NCBI GenBank assembly: GCA_963837175.1
Contig: CAWIMJ010000041.1
Coordinates: 1 to 61,928, forward strand
Source: an uncultured Nitrososphaeraceae archaeon
GTDB lineage: Archaea; Thermoproteota; Nitrososphaeria; Nitrososphaerales; Nitrososphaeraceae
DNA: 61,928 bases
Reading direction: 5' to 3'
Part shown: positions 21,079-32,031 of the stretch, one piece after another
Layout: the number at the start of each line of letters is the position of its first letter
Numbering within the stretch: the first letter of the stretch is position 1
Translations under genes and position numbers: made by a program
The notes under the pieces: generated by a model
What the model was told of the DNA's origin: nothing
Databases searched by the model: none
What the model saw: only the letters and a program-made list of their open reading frames with translations

Positions 21079-21210
21079 AATAATTTTCTTCTAGAACATA
21101 GCGTTTGATTTTTGATAATGGCTTAGAAATAGAAATAAGGTTTCAAATTATAATTAGAAAAGATTAATCGATCTGTATTTGAATATGAACTCTTGTATCT
21201 TTTAGATATA

Positions 21211-21238
21211 TATATGAATATATAAATATATTCATATA
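21211..21238. repeat. Perfect 13-bp inverted repeat with 2-nt spacer between convergent lig and tfb
   Basis: TATATGAATATAT-AA-ATATATTCATATA. Confidence 0.7.
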
Positions 21239-21319
21239 ACCTATTAATTGTACTTTAATTATTTATTATTCATTAGCGATAACGATGATTAGTCTTTATA
21301 CCGAAGGTGAAATATTATT

Positions 21320-22401
21320 TCAAGCTCTTTCCGATGTTATCATAGTTGGTTTTACAGTTACTAGAATTTTAAAGTTTGTAAGTATGTCTTTGCATCTGTT
21401 ACGAATAGTAACCTCTGTTATACCAGCCAGACTGGATATATCCATTTGCAGAAGATTAAAACCAAGCAGGTACCTGCAGCTAGATATATGTATGCAGCTG
21501 CCAGACCATTAGGGGCCTTACCATCTCCCAAGAGGCTATCCTTGGTTTTATGTGCAATGTCAATCGCCAATCTCTCAACTTTTGTGTCAATCTTTGCAGT
21601 GTTTGCAAGTTTGGCTATATATTGATCAATTGCAAGGGTTACGGGAATTGGTATTGATTGCACCAATGATGGCAAAGGAAAGCTAGACTTACAAGCGGAA
21701 GCAGTGGTAGTAGACGAAGATGATATTTTACCAGTCATTGCAGATGAATTTTGCTCCGTAAAAATACCCATCTCCATGCCCATTATTCTATAGTATTTTG
21801 CTGCAAGCTTTATACTAGATGTATGTTGTTTAGTTATGCCAGTTGATTTAACAATCTCTTCTAACGACCTTACCACTGAAAATCTTTTACACGCAAGATA
21901 AATTGTTGCAGCTGCAATACATGCAATCGACTTTCCCTTTGCTTCTCTTTTATTTTCATAATTTCTGTAAAGCATTGCTGCTGTTTCTACCAATGCCTTA
22001 GGAAGTGACATTGCAGAACAAGTCTCATTAATTTTGGACAGAACATTGGAGAGCCTTCTTTCTTTTGTAGAAGCAACTCTGATTCTCGAATGCCACCTTC
22101 GCATATTATTCATCTGTTCTACCATTTGATGATCAATCTGCTTTCCGCTATAATCTTTAGAGGTAAAACCAATTTCAGTTCTTAAACCATAATCATGTAA
22201 TGAGTAGCTGGTAAACCCACTAGCACGGGTAGTTTTCATTTTCTCATTAAACTCAGTTGCGTGAGTTTCCGGACCATAATCGTCAATCTGATCCATTACG
22301 ACGTAACCACATTTTTGGCAAATATCTTCACCCTTACTATAATCGTGAATTAGTGCTGATAGACATTCAGGACATTGTGTCGAGTATTCTGTTGATGTCA
22401 T
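21320..22401 (-). CDS. tfb: Transcription initiation factor IIB (frameshift near 21470; true stop at 21320)
   Basis: Zn ribbon CPEC..CQKCG, B-reader GPE, two cyclin repeats. After AAAYIYLAA another frame continues LLGFNLLQMDISSLAGITEVTIRNRCKDIL, the canonical C-terminal HTH. Confidence 0.92.
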
Positions 22402-22727
22402 TGACGCTTCGCTCCAAATTTTTTATAACGTCCAAAGTCTTTTCGTTGCCTGCGGGCATTGGGTCGGAACTCTCGCCTTTTGGCCGGAAATCCTCCATTA
22501 AACACACTGGTGCCAATAATTTTTTTTATTTTATCTGTAGATGGAGCTACAGAAGCATAAGGAGCGTTAACTGGACCAATTACTTCAATTACTTTGCCTA
22601 CACGTTTTCCATTAGAATCAATCAATACTTCTCCACTTTTAATTTGCTTACCCTCTTCTTTTAACCTTACAATAAGCCTTCCACTTTTTGCTAAATGCAT
22701 AACTTCCCCTATTCCCTCCAATTCCAA
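22398..22727 (-). CDS. gar1: H/ACA RNP protein Gar1/Naf1
   Basis: GEVMHLAKSGRLIV...VGKVIEVIGPVNAPY; Arg-rich tail; coupled to tfb as in many archaea. Confidence 0.9.
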   Translation of the reverse strand: MELEGIGEVMHLAKSGRLIVRLKEEGKQIKSGEVLIDSNGKRVGKVIEVIGPVNAPYASVAPSTDKIKKIIGTSVFNGGFPAKRREFRPNARRQRKDFGRYKKFGAKRQ

Positions 22728-22853
22728 TCAGCTTAGAGATTTACTTATTATCATTATGTTCTGTCAAGAATAATTAAGTTTATTGATAAACAAAATACGT
22801 ATAGAAAACATCAATAGCATTTTATGAAGTGGAACTTCAGGTTTAGACATTCT

Positions 22854-23174
22854 CTATCTCTGAAGTAGCTTCTGTTTATTTCTTTTTTGTAGCATTTTAT
22901 CAGCGATTGCGTTGACGGTTACAGATTTCTTTACTTCATTAGGTTTAAGTATCATAATATAACTTGATTTTACAAAAGCTCTCCTTGGATATCTAGCTTG
23001 GTCGTTTGTTTCTTCTTCTGTTAGATTAAATCCAGCAGACTTTGCCGCATCTATTAGGTCAGCTAACGTGGGATCGAAAATAGATTTATCACGTTTTACT
23101 CTACGGCCTTTACTCCTAGACAAATGTCGGTTAAAATAGTCAAGCCATAAAATAACATGATCGTAATCTTTCAA
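22854..23174 (-). CDS. srp19: Signal recognition particle protein SRP19
   Basis: ILWLDYFN..LSRSKGRRV...PTL.DL..AA...RYPR. Confidence 0.92.
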   Translation of the reverse strand: MKDYDHVILWLDYFNRHLSRSKGRRVKRDKSIFDPTLADLIDAAKSAGFNLTEEETNDQARYPRRAFVKSSYIMILKPNEVKKSVTVNAIADKMLQKRNKQKLLQR

Positions 23175-23615
23175 CTAAGGTTATAGAATTTAAGATTAAT
23201 ATTAATTTAATGACTTCCTATAGAGAATGTCATTAAAGAAAGGAATTAAATATTTTTGTTTTTCAATAAAAACATTTTGCATCTACTATGTTACGGTATA
23301 ATCTATGCCGATTTTTTAGATATTATTTGGTTATCCTAGAGTCGTTCTCCATATGTAGAAGACTGAATTTGACAATTGTTTACCATAGAATCAATAAGCA
23401 AATATATCAGTCAGAATTAGCAGACTATGGCTGCACTTGTTTATTATTGCAAAAAAAATTTAACAAGATGTAAAAGTAGGACAGTTAAAATATAATAAAT
23501 TATTATACCTATCTAGGCGTTCTATTACAACTATTTATTAAAAACAATATTTGATTGACCCAGTGTTTTATTTTTCCAAAATGGTCTTGTTGATAACTAT
23601 ACATTAATGATATTA

Positions 23616-23999
23616 CTATTTAATGGCAACTGCATTTACCATACCACTTTGACCTGGTCTTGATGAAATTCTTGCAGGGCCTGCTTCTGTTTCTATTAAT
23701 GCTCCCTTACTTAGGACCCCTCTCCGCTCATAGTCCTTGTTTGCAAAATTTTTGGTTACTCGCAGTATTTTTGACCTAATCGTCTTATTTGAAGAGGGAT
23801 CTGTAATGTTAGCAAAGTCGGCTGTTTTAAGGGCTGTTTTTGTATTTCCACCACGAACCGTTCTTGTAACAGTATCAATTGGTCCTACAGTCGCTTCATT
23901 AGGATATCTATCTATTTCAAAGTTTCTTCTTCCTCTCGAAGCTATCTTTCTGCCACCGGTAAATTTGCGTTTAGCCAAATTTTCAACTGACTTTCTCAT
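23616..23999 (-). CDS. rps8e: 30S ribosomal protein S8e
   Basis: KRKFTGG, VRGGN.K, N.ANKDYERRG.LSKGA and SRPGQSG.VNA motifs; start set at MRKSVENL. Confidence 0.95.
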   Translation of the reverse strand: MRKSVENLAKRKFTGGRKIASRGRRNFEIDRYPNEATVGPIDTVTRTVRGGNTKTALKTADFANITDPSSNKTIRSKILRVTKNFANKDYERRGVLSKGALIETEAGPARISSRPGQSGMVNAVAIK

Positions 24000-24061
24000 T
24001 CTTACTACTCCTAACAGATCTACTCTAATTAAGATTTTTCTGTGTACAATCACGGCATTTA

Positions 24062-24586
24062 TCATGATTTGGCTTTCGTTAATTCAAGTTTATTCTTAAT
24101 AGAGTTTATATCGCTTACTCCGAAATAATCCTGGAAATTCTTTGTTGTTCTATATACTTTTAATCTGCCTAGTTTTTCATATTCAATAAAGGAGATCTGC
24201 TGTAATTCTTTAAGATGATTGTAAACCTGGTTGCCTCTAATCTGAACGAGACGTTTTGAAGTAACAGGTTGTTCATATGCAATATAAGATAGGGTCTTTA
24301 AGGCCGAAGATGAGATTATAGGCTGTTGTGCAAATCTTCGAACAAGTGGTGTATAAATGGCTTTTACCTGAAACACAAAAGTTCCTTCCTCCAATTGAGT
24401 AATTTCAATGGCCTTGAAGGTAGAATTTGTTTTTCTAATCAAATCATTCACAACTTTTCGTATTTTATCTTTCGAATTTATTCCAGATGCTCTTAGAAGA
24501 TCGTCTATAGATAATGGTCTTCCTGCAGAATAGAGTGCTGCCTCGATTCTCGCAGTAATTTCGTCATCCGGTAAAACCTGACGCAA
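24062..24586 (-). CDS. scpB: SMC-Scp complex subunit ScpB
   Basis: IEAALYSAGRPLS; ALKTLSYIAYEQPVT..LVQIRG; YRTTKNFQDYFG. Confidence 0.93.
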   Translation of the reverse strand: MRQVLPDDEITARIEAALYSAGRPLSIDDLLRASGINSKDKIRKVVNDLIRKTNSTFKAIEITQLEEGTFVFQVKAIYTPLVRRFAQQPIISSSALKTLSYIAYEQPVTSKRLVQIRGNQVYNHLKELQQISFIEYEKLGRLKVYRTTKNFQDYFGVSDINSIKNKLELTKAKS

Positions 24587-24624
24587 TCTAATAGATCCAG
24601 CATACCATTGATTTATTATTTGTG

Positions 24625-25320
24625 TTAAGATTTTATTACTATTTTTATATCTTCTATCTCCTCAATTGATTCTAAGTTTACCTGTTCTTTCATAGCAAGA
24701 TAAAGTATCGCAATAAAGCATCGAACGACATCTATCAGTTCCATTTTTTTGATAAGCGTTTTGAACATGATGCTACCATCAGCACTAACGATATCGAGGA
24801 TCATATTCTCATATTCTTGCAATATCTGGTCAAACTTTAACAGATATTGATCGAAATTAAATGTCTGTACAGGCTCAAGTTCTATCTGCTTCCTTTTTGG
24901 TCTAGGATTAGCAAGTTCAAAAATCATATTTTCTAGAACTCGCAGTAAATCTTCCAAGGACACAGGATATGTTGGCTCTACCCTATATGGAATTTCTATA
25001 GGATGAAGTTGCGGTATTGATTCCAATTGTTGAGGACCTTCTACTCCTTTTCTCTGCATAGCTATTTTTTCCAGTCTGAAGATACTCTCTACTTTTAGGC
25101 GATGTATCATAGATGATGATAACACAGCAATACCGCAAACTCTTAGATCTTTCTTTCCAGTAGTGTTGATAATATTTAGCAGCATTTGAAGAAGCATAGT
25201 AATGTCAATATCCCAAACATCTTTCTTTGCAATGAGTGACAGATTAAATAACATATTGAGCGGTGGCTCTGCTATCCTCTTTTTAGCATCGCTCGTTGAT
25301 ATCTCATAATCATCAACCAT
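24625..25320 (-). CDS. scpA: Kleisin ScpA
   Basis: DVWDIDI, DLRVCG.AVLSSS.IHRLK, VSLEDLL and FIAILYLA motifs; adjacent to scpB. Confidence 0.88.
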   Translation of the reverse strand: MVDDYEISTSDAKKRIAEPPLNMLFNLSLIAKKDVWDIDITMLLQMLLNIINTTGKKDLRVCGIAVLSSSMIHRLKVESIFRLEKIAMQRKGVEGPQQLESIPQLHPIEIPYRVEPTYPVSLEDLLRVLENMIFELANPRPKRKQIELEPVQTFNFDQYLLKFDQILQEYENMILDIVSADGSIMFKTLIKKMELIDVVRCFIAILYLAMKEQVNLESIEEIEDIKIVIKS

Positions 25321-25528
25321 TAATAAGATCTAACTGATGAGCTATAATAGCATAATGTGTTTAAATAAATTAACCATATATGTATGTGGTCCTAATAGAA
25401 AGCCTAATCTAATGTGTATATAGAAAACTGGCGTATCAGGTTTCAGTACCGCTAATGAGCTTAAATAATATTACGTGCTAACAGAGTAACAAATTAATTT
25501 AAATAGCGTTGTAGCATAGGTTACTTGC

Positions 25529-26780
25529 TTGGAACAGCAAAATAAAATTCGTGTGGAAGTGAAGTACATATTCAAAGTTATACCCATTTTAATTTTAATT
25601 CACACACCTTTTGGTCTGAAGTTTTTTGATTGGGCAGCTAGCACGAACGCTGCCAAAATCTATGCGAAATCCAATAGATATCTTATGCCACTTATTACCG
25701 CCCTAATGCTGTTCCTATTAATAGCATCACTGATGGTTATGTTTTCACATCCATCTATCAGGGAAACCTCTCGAGACTTGGGACCAAGATCTCTTCTTCT
25801 TATACCCGGTGTAAATCCTTATCTGCCTTGGACTTATGCCTTAATATCTCTCATTATTACAATTATTATACACGAAGCAGGACACGGAATAGTAGCCAGG
25901 GTTTATAATGTTAAGATAGAAACTACTGGAATTGTTTTATTTTTTTGTACTTCCTATAGGTGCATTCGTAAATATTGATCAAAAAGAATTAGAAAAGACA
26001 CCTCTAAAATATAAAAGCTCTATATTGACTGCAGGAGTTCTAAATAATATGATACTTGCGGGTATCTCTTTTTTTGGTCTCTATCTTGTAGTCTCTAGTC
26101 TGTATCCACTACCAGTATCTGGAGGACAGGAAATCGGAGTATCGATTAATGGAGTAAATAAAGGCTCGCTTGCAGAAAAAATAGGTTTAACTGAAGGATC
26201 AGTAATACAGACGATATCAAACCACAATGTCAGAGGTAGTGAAGACTTAAGGAAGGTACTTCAATCCAACCTTGGAAAGACAATAGAGGTGACATGGTAT
26301 GATAAAGACAAGCACATCAAAGGAAATAAGATAACTTTGCCATTATCTGTTGATACTAATAAGGGAATTTTGGGTGTGACTTTAAACATGTCTGATCCAA
26401 AACTAGTAGATCCAAAACTAGCATTGGATTCATACAAAAATGCTTTTGGTACAAATCCTCTCAGCGTGCTTGTGCCACCAACTTTACCTCAGGGTAGTAT
26501 TATTCCTTATTCTGGATTAATGGCTGAAAAATATGATTCTACTATTTTTGGAAGATCTTTTCCTATCGTTGCTAATATGTTATTTTGGCTCTGGTTCATC
26601 AACTTTAATGTCGCGGTATTTAATGCTCTACCAATTGGACCATTGGATGGAGGTCAGCTATACGGTTCATTTATTGCAAGTAGAACAAAGGAGAAAACAG
26701 GAATAGCTATTACTAATATAATAACATATATTATGGTTATAGTCATATTTATGTCAATATTACTACCGTATATTCTGTAA
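25529..26780 (+). CDS. Site-2 protease (M50) with PDZ domain, frameshifted in a T7 run at 25940-25946
   Basis: HEAGHG in the first ORF; PIGAFV, AGVLNN, PDZ and FNALPIGPLDGG in the second ORF; removing one T fuses them. Confidence 0.9.
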
Positions 26781-27295
26781 CTTCAACTAACTAAAATAGA
26801 CTAAAGTCCCGTTCTAGCATTTTTGATCTGCCATAAAGAGAAATTTGAATAACCGAATATGAGTTTTTGATCTGGTACCTGCAGTAATCCAATATTTCAT
26901 TTAATCAGGCAACACCTAAGCTATTGTCCGTCAAGAGATCATAATAGATTTATTCTAAAATCTATCGAATGGAGATCATCCAATCTGCATTAGCGATATA
27001 CAACATCCAATTTAGAGAATCCAAAATGAAATTCGCTATTATTTTTAACATCGCTGGCAGCATCTCGAAATATTAACTAGCCATATTATATTGATAATAG
27101 ATTTAGGGGGTTTAGAAAACGAAGGCTGAGACTCATTAATATTCTTCTAATACTAACTTTCCTGTATCCTATTTTTTAGAAATCTTAAAAATCCGTTCCC
27201 TCCTTACTATTAGTACATTATATGGTATAGAAGAAGGATAAAATTGAAAAAGAATCAAGTTAACAGGCGACAACTTTTATTATTTATTTCTTTTA

Positions 27296-27556
27296 CTATT
27301 CATGTTTGTCTATGTTTTTAAATTCTAATTCTACTCCGCGTTTATCATTATAATTAAATGTGAATGATTCATTAGGTAATATGGGGAAGCTTGAGAATTT
27401 GTCAACTGTTGAGCATTGAGAACATGTATTATCTCTGGGTAACCTGGTTTTATCAAGGTACGTTGCGCACCAATAACACCTTTCACATAGGACAAATATA
27501 GGTATAGATCCATATAATTTTGCTAAAGGCGAGGACATATCTTGTTTTTGACTCAT
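27296..27556 (-). CDS. Small putative Zn-binding (C4) protein
   Basis: FVLCERCYWCATY...CSQC...PI..NE.F.FNY..KRGVELEF, a pattern I recognise from Nitrososphaeraceae small proteins. Confidence 0.75.
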   Translation of the reverse strand: MSQKQDMSSPLAKLYGSIPIFVLCERCYWCATYLDKTRLPRDNTCSQCSTVDKFSSFPILPNESFTFNYNDKRGVELEFKNIDKHE

Positions 27557-28370
27557 AGGTGATTCTCTTCATAACATAGCTTTTAAAGTTATTGTACCAT
27601 ACATATAAAACAACTCTAAAGGGCTCAAGTAGATTATTTGATATAATATAAGTACTTGTGATAAACTTGATTATTTCTCGTTCATTATTTAATAATTAAA
27701 AATAATTAAGATAAATAATTATTTAACAAGGATTTTATCAGGCTAATTATACGAGTGTTTCCTAAGAATTACTTTCTTATGCTTCTATTATAGAAGTCCT
27801 AAAAAGTGCATTGGTTCTATGATCACAAAGATTTATCGAATCTCTATTAAGTGGTTAAATTACATAATAATTGTGTGGAGACTATAGACTTTGTTATTAC
27901 TAATAATTGTCCAATCACACACTGTTAACTTTATCTTGGAATAATTTTAATAATTTATCAATGAGCTTCTTGACCTGATTTATGTTGAAAGCATCGCTAA
28001 CGCTTTAACAATGAATAGTAGAGGGTCTTCTAGCATCTAAAATCTCCTGTTTTAACCGTTCTGTTCTGGTTGGTGTAGAAACATTTTATTGAAAGTGATA
28101 ATACTTTACTGTATAGTTAGTACCACGAATAAGACATACATGATTAACACGATGTTGAGTGAATTATCGCACTTTCTACAATATCTGATTGCAGAAGCGC
28201 GGAAAACCAAAGTTTTTGCTTATTGAACTATACATAAATATATTAATGGATTATTTACAATATATATTGGCTTATATCCAGTGATCAATGATTTTTTGTT
28301 CGTCCTAAGCGAGTAAATTGTTTGGTATCTGGGACACAAAAATTGCTGGAAGGTTGGATGAAGAATAAAG

Positions 28371-30501
28371 GTGGAAAAAAAAGAAAATCTAAGAAACGAA
28401 TTTGTAAATAAGGATAATCATAATTCAAAGTTTAGGAAAGCTGATAGGAGTGAATCCGAAAAATACCAAACCAAAGAAAAGGATAATTATTTGAGCACGA
28501 GGTTAACGAGTAGCAATGATGGAGCACTTGCCAAGACAGTTTTAGATTCTTTGCCGCAAGAAGCTCAAGTTACAATGGCTAAATTTGAAGGGCCCAATAT
28601 TGCCCTATATACAAAAAATCCTAAATTTTCTCTTACAGAATTAGCGTATCACCTATCATCTCTCTCTAAAAATCTCAAAAAAAGATTTGTGATTCGTACT
28701 GATCCTTCAATAAGAATGTCGGAAGATAAAACAAGATCCGTAGTTGGAAATCTACTTCCGAAGGATGTATTAGTTTCTGCTGTTTTCTGTGACGATGCTT
28801 TAGGCGAAGTTATTCTCGAGGTTAACAAACCAGAAATAATAGATGGAAATATGGTAATTGAAATAGCTCAATCAACTGGCTGGATTGCACACACTCGGCG
28901 CTCTCCACATATACCATCTAGTAGCATCAGCACAATTCATTCAGTATTGAAAAATTCTGCAAAGGAGAGACTCGTATTTCTTGACGAACTTGGCAACAGA
29001 ATCTTCCGTTCTCCTCTTATATTAGGCAACGGCACAGGAAACTTATCTTTTAATCGAACAAGTCAAAATCAACAAAGTATAGTTGCAGACTCTTACCCAC
29101 GAACACAATCTTGGCTTACAAATAAGGAGGAAGTCAGGTTATGGTGTCTTGGCGGTGTTAAACAGGTCGGCAGATCTTGTTTTATTGTTGCAACTCGTGA
29201 AAGTAAGATAATGTTGGATTGTGGAATCAATCCGGGAGAGACTTTAAGCTTGAATGCCTATCCTAGGCTGGATTGGTTTAATTTTGATCTAGATGATATT
29301 GATGCTGTTGTCATTAGCCATGCACATATTGACCATCAGGGTTTTTTACCCACCTTATTCAAATTTGGATACAAAGGCCCAATTTATTGCACCGAGCCCA
29401 CTCTTCCCTTGATGAATTTGCTTCAAATGGATTCGGTAAAGATATCTAAAAGCAATGGATCCTTTCTTCCGTATGAAACAAGAGACATTAGCGAAGTTAT
29501 TAAGCATTGTATAACGTTGCCATACGGTAAACCTACAGACATTTCTCCAGATATGACAATATCGTTAAATAATGCAGGCCATATTATGGGAAGTGCAACG
29601 GTTCATCTTAACATAGCTGGCGCGCACAATATTCTCTATTCTGGTGATTACAAATATGCAAAGACACAGCTTCTTGATAATGCATCAGCCATATATCCGC
29701 GAGTTGAGACGCTCATTACCGAGAGCACTTATGGTAATACTACTGATATAATGCCAGACCAATCAGTTGTTTATAGAAATTTTACAGATACTATCAATAA
29801 AACACTTATTGAAGGAGGAAAGGTTTTGATCCCTGTTCCTGCAGTTGGTAGGGCACAGGAAATTATGCTTATCATAGACAAGGAAATGCGTGAAGGACAT
29901 CTAATTGAATGCCCAATATATATAGAAGGGATGATCTCTGAAGCAAGTGCTATACATATGTCATATGCTCACTATCTTGGCTATGATGTACGTAAATCCG
30001 TCTCTCAAGGGATCAATCCATTTCAATCCGAATATTTCACAGTCGTAAATGGTCATGGTAAGCGGGAAGAGGTATTCAATGATGAAAATGCGGCCATAAT
30101 AATGGCAACATCAGGTATGTTAGAAGGTGGTCCTTCTGTTGAATATTTTAAGGAAATAGCGCCTTCTCCGAAGAACAAGATCCTTTTCGTATCATATCAA
30201 ATCAATGGCACACTTGGCCAGCCGCGTTCTTGATGGCACTATGAACGAAGTTAGTATGTTAGACAAAAATGGGAAATTGAAGGTTGTACCTGTCCACTGT
30301 CAAACCCAAAAAATGGACGGTTTTAGTGGACATAGTGATTTTAATCAGATATTAAGCTTCGTTGCTAAGATAAGGCCAAAACGAGTTCTTGTAAATCACG
30401 GCGAAAGGTCAAAATCAGACAATGTAGCAAGTGCAATATATTCGAGGTTGAAGATAAGGTCAAGTGTCCCTGATAACCGAGAAATTCTCAGGTTACGGTA
30501 A
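28371..30501 (+). CDS. fttA: Transcription termination factor FttA / aCPSF1 (KH-KH-MBL-beta-CASP), +1 frameshift near 30218
   Basis: FEGPNIALYTKNP, LGGVKQVGRS, SHAHIDH, NAGHIMGS, AVGRAQE and TSGMLEGG; the second ORF carries GFSGHSD and NHGE; GTLG/SRVLDG joins on deleting one C. Confidence 0.95.
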
Positions 30502-30563
30502 TCATTAACATACTTCCATATACTTTTTAGCCATGTATACGCATATAATTAGGGACGAAGAAT

Positions 30564-30707
30564 TTGGCGATAAGATATAAATGTGTTAATTGCAACGTGG
30601 TACTTAGTGGAGAAGGAGCCTCGAGACATTATCTGGCTAATCCTAACCACAAGCTTGAAAAACTTCCACCTCCTCTAAAGCCATTGAAAAATACTGATAT
30701 GAGATAG
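30564..30707 (+). CDS. C2H2 zinc-finger microprotein (47 aa, TTG start)
   Basis: Translated by hand: MAIRYKCVNCNVVLSGEGASRHYLANPNHKLEKLPPPLKPLKNTDMR; fills the gap between fttA and the next gene. Confidence 0.65.
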   Translation: MAIRYKCVNCNVVLSGEGASRHYLANPNHKLEKLPPPLKPLKNTDMR

Positions 30708-30716
30708 AGAAGTTAT

Positions 30717-31007
30717 TTATTCCCGTATACTTTCTAGAGTTGAAACTACTTGCCATAGCATAGTACGTATGTGTGATTGCATTTGAGGGCTCTGAGTCAC
30801 GCTGTCTAAAATGCTTATTGCATTTGCGGCACGGACTGATATGCTACCACCTTTCTCATCTTTTAATGTCATAAGTACTTCTCTCACCATGTTTCTAATA
30901 TTTCTTTGAATATTATTATTCTTAGTAATTGAATCAAGACCTGAAATTGCACTGGCAAGGCGTTCCCGGTTTTCCTTTTGCTTTAATTCCTTCTTGGCTG
31001 AGGTCAT
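30717..31007 (-). CDS. UPF0147 family protein
   Basis: SISVRAANAISILD....PQMQSHIRTMLWQVVSTLE. Confidence 0.9.
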   Translation of the reverse strand: MTSAKKELKQKENRERLASAISGLDSITKNNNIQRNIRNMVREVLMTLKDEKGGSISVRAANAISILDSVTQSPQMQSHIRTMLWQVVSTLESIRE

Positions 31008-31557
31008 AACTAATACCTACCTTTCTAATGAATGTGTAAATTTATAACCAGTGGCTTTTGAATGTTTTCGTCTAACATGTTGTATTCTTAATACCAAGTC
31101 CGTTTCAGCCTCTGATTTCTTTCCTTCTATAATTTATTGCTTTTCATTGTCGGAATAGATGTTTGTGTTTTTCTCTTTCTCTAAATCATCATAGTAAATT
31201 GGTCTTATTCACTAATTGTGTACGGGCCATTTAAATAAAATATAATTTTTTAAATTTTAAAATAACCAGAATATGATATCGTTATTCTAATCCTGATGTG
31301 TTTTTGAATAATATTGACATTTATATTCTATGATTTAGGATAATCTTCTTGTATTCTGTGACATTCCCATGTTCACTATTAAAATCATGGCTCTTGAATT
31401 GGATAGGATATATGTGATGATATTAATTTATGATGATAGGATATCTACTAGGCATTCATGATTAAGATTCTCTGAATAGAAGAAAAGAATTTACAAAGAA
31501 GCCAATGTCAACCAAAATATACTTAGTATAAAATGTAATAGTATATCTGTAATATTC

Positions 31558-31761
31558 ATGCAAGATAGAATTATGGAAAAGCATCGATGCAACATTTGTA
31601 ATATAATGATAGAAACTATTTCAACAGACGAGCATATATCTACTCGTGACCATATATCTCGCAAAAATATTTTAGAAAAAGCGCTGGAAGATCTAAGAAA
31701 AAATCAGTCAAATAATAAGTATGATTCGGTTATATCTATGTGGCATAGATCCGTAGGGTGA
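31558..31761 (+). CDS. Small C2H2 (U1/matrin-like spacing) zinc-finger protein
   Basis: CNICNIMIETISTDEHISTRDH followed by an amphipathic helix and SVISMW. Confidence 0.65.
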   Translation: MQDRIMEKHRCNICNIMIETISTDEHISTRDHISRKNILEKALEDLRKNQSNNKYDSVISMWHRSVG

Positions 31762-32031
31762 AATTGTACTTTTATAATTACTCTTCGAGAAGCAGCATAA
31801 CGAATGATATTCATTACGAGGAAAATAATGCAAAGATTCCCATCTATAGATTTATTTACTTTTAATAAAGAAAAAGAATAATTCAATGGTAAAGAACTTT
31901 CGTATATTTCTGGCAGCCAGAACATCAGATAGATCGCTCACCATTATAAAATATACATTATGCCCTTCAGTCCATAGGTCAGAAGGTCACATATTACTAA
32001 ATATGTCACAAGATAACCTAAAAATCCAAAA

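Noticed and set aside
25936-25946. Programmed frameshift or phase variation at the T-run in the S2P gene
   Set aside because: T7 is short, and six other genes show similar single-site breaks, so a sequencing error is more parsimonious
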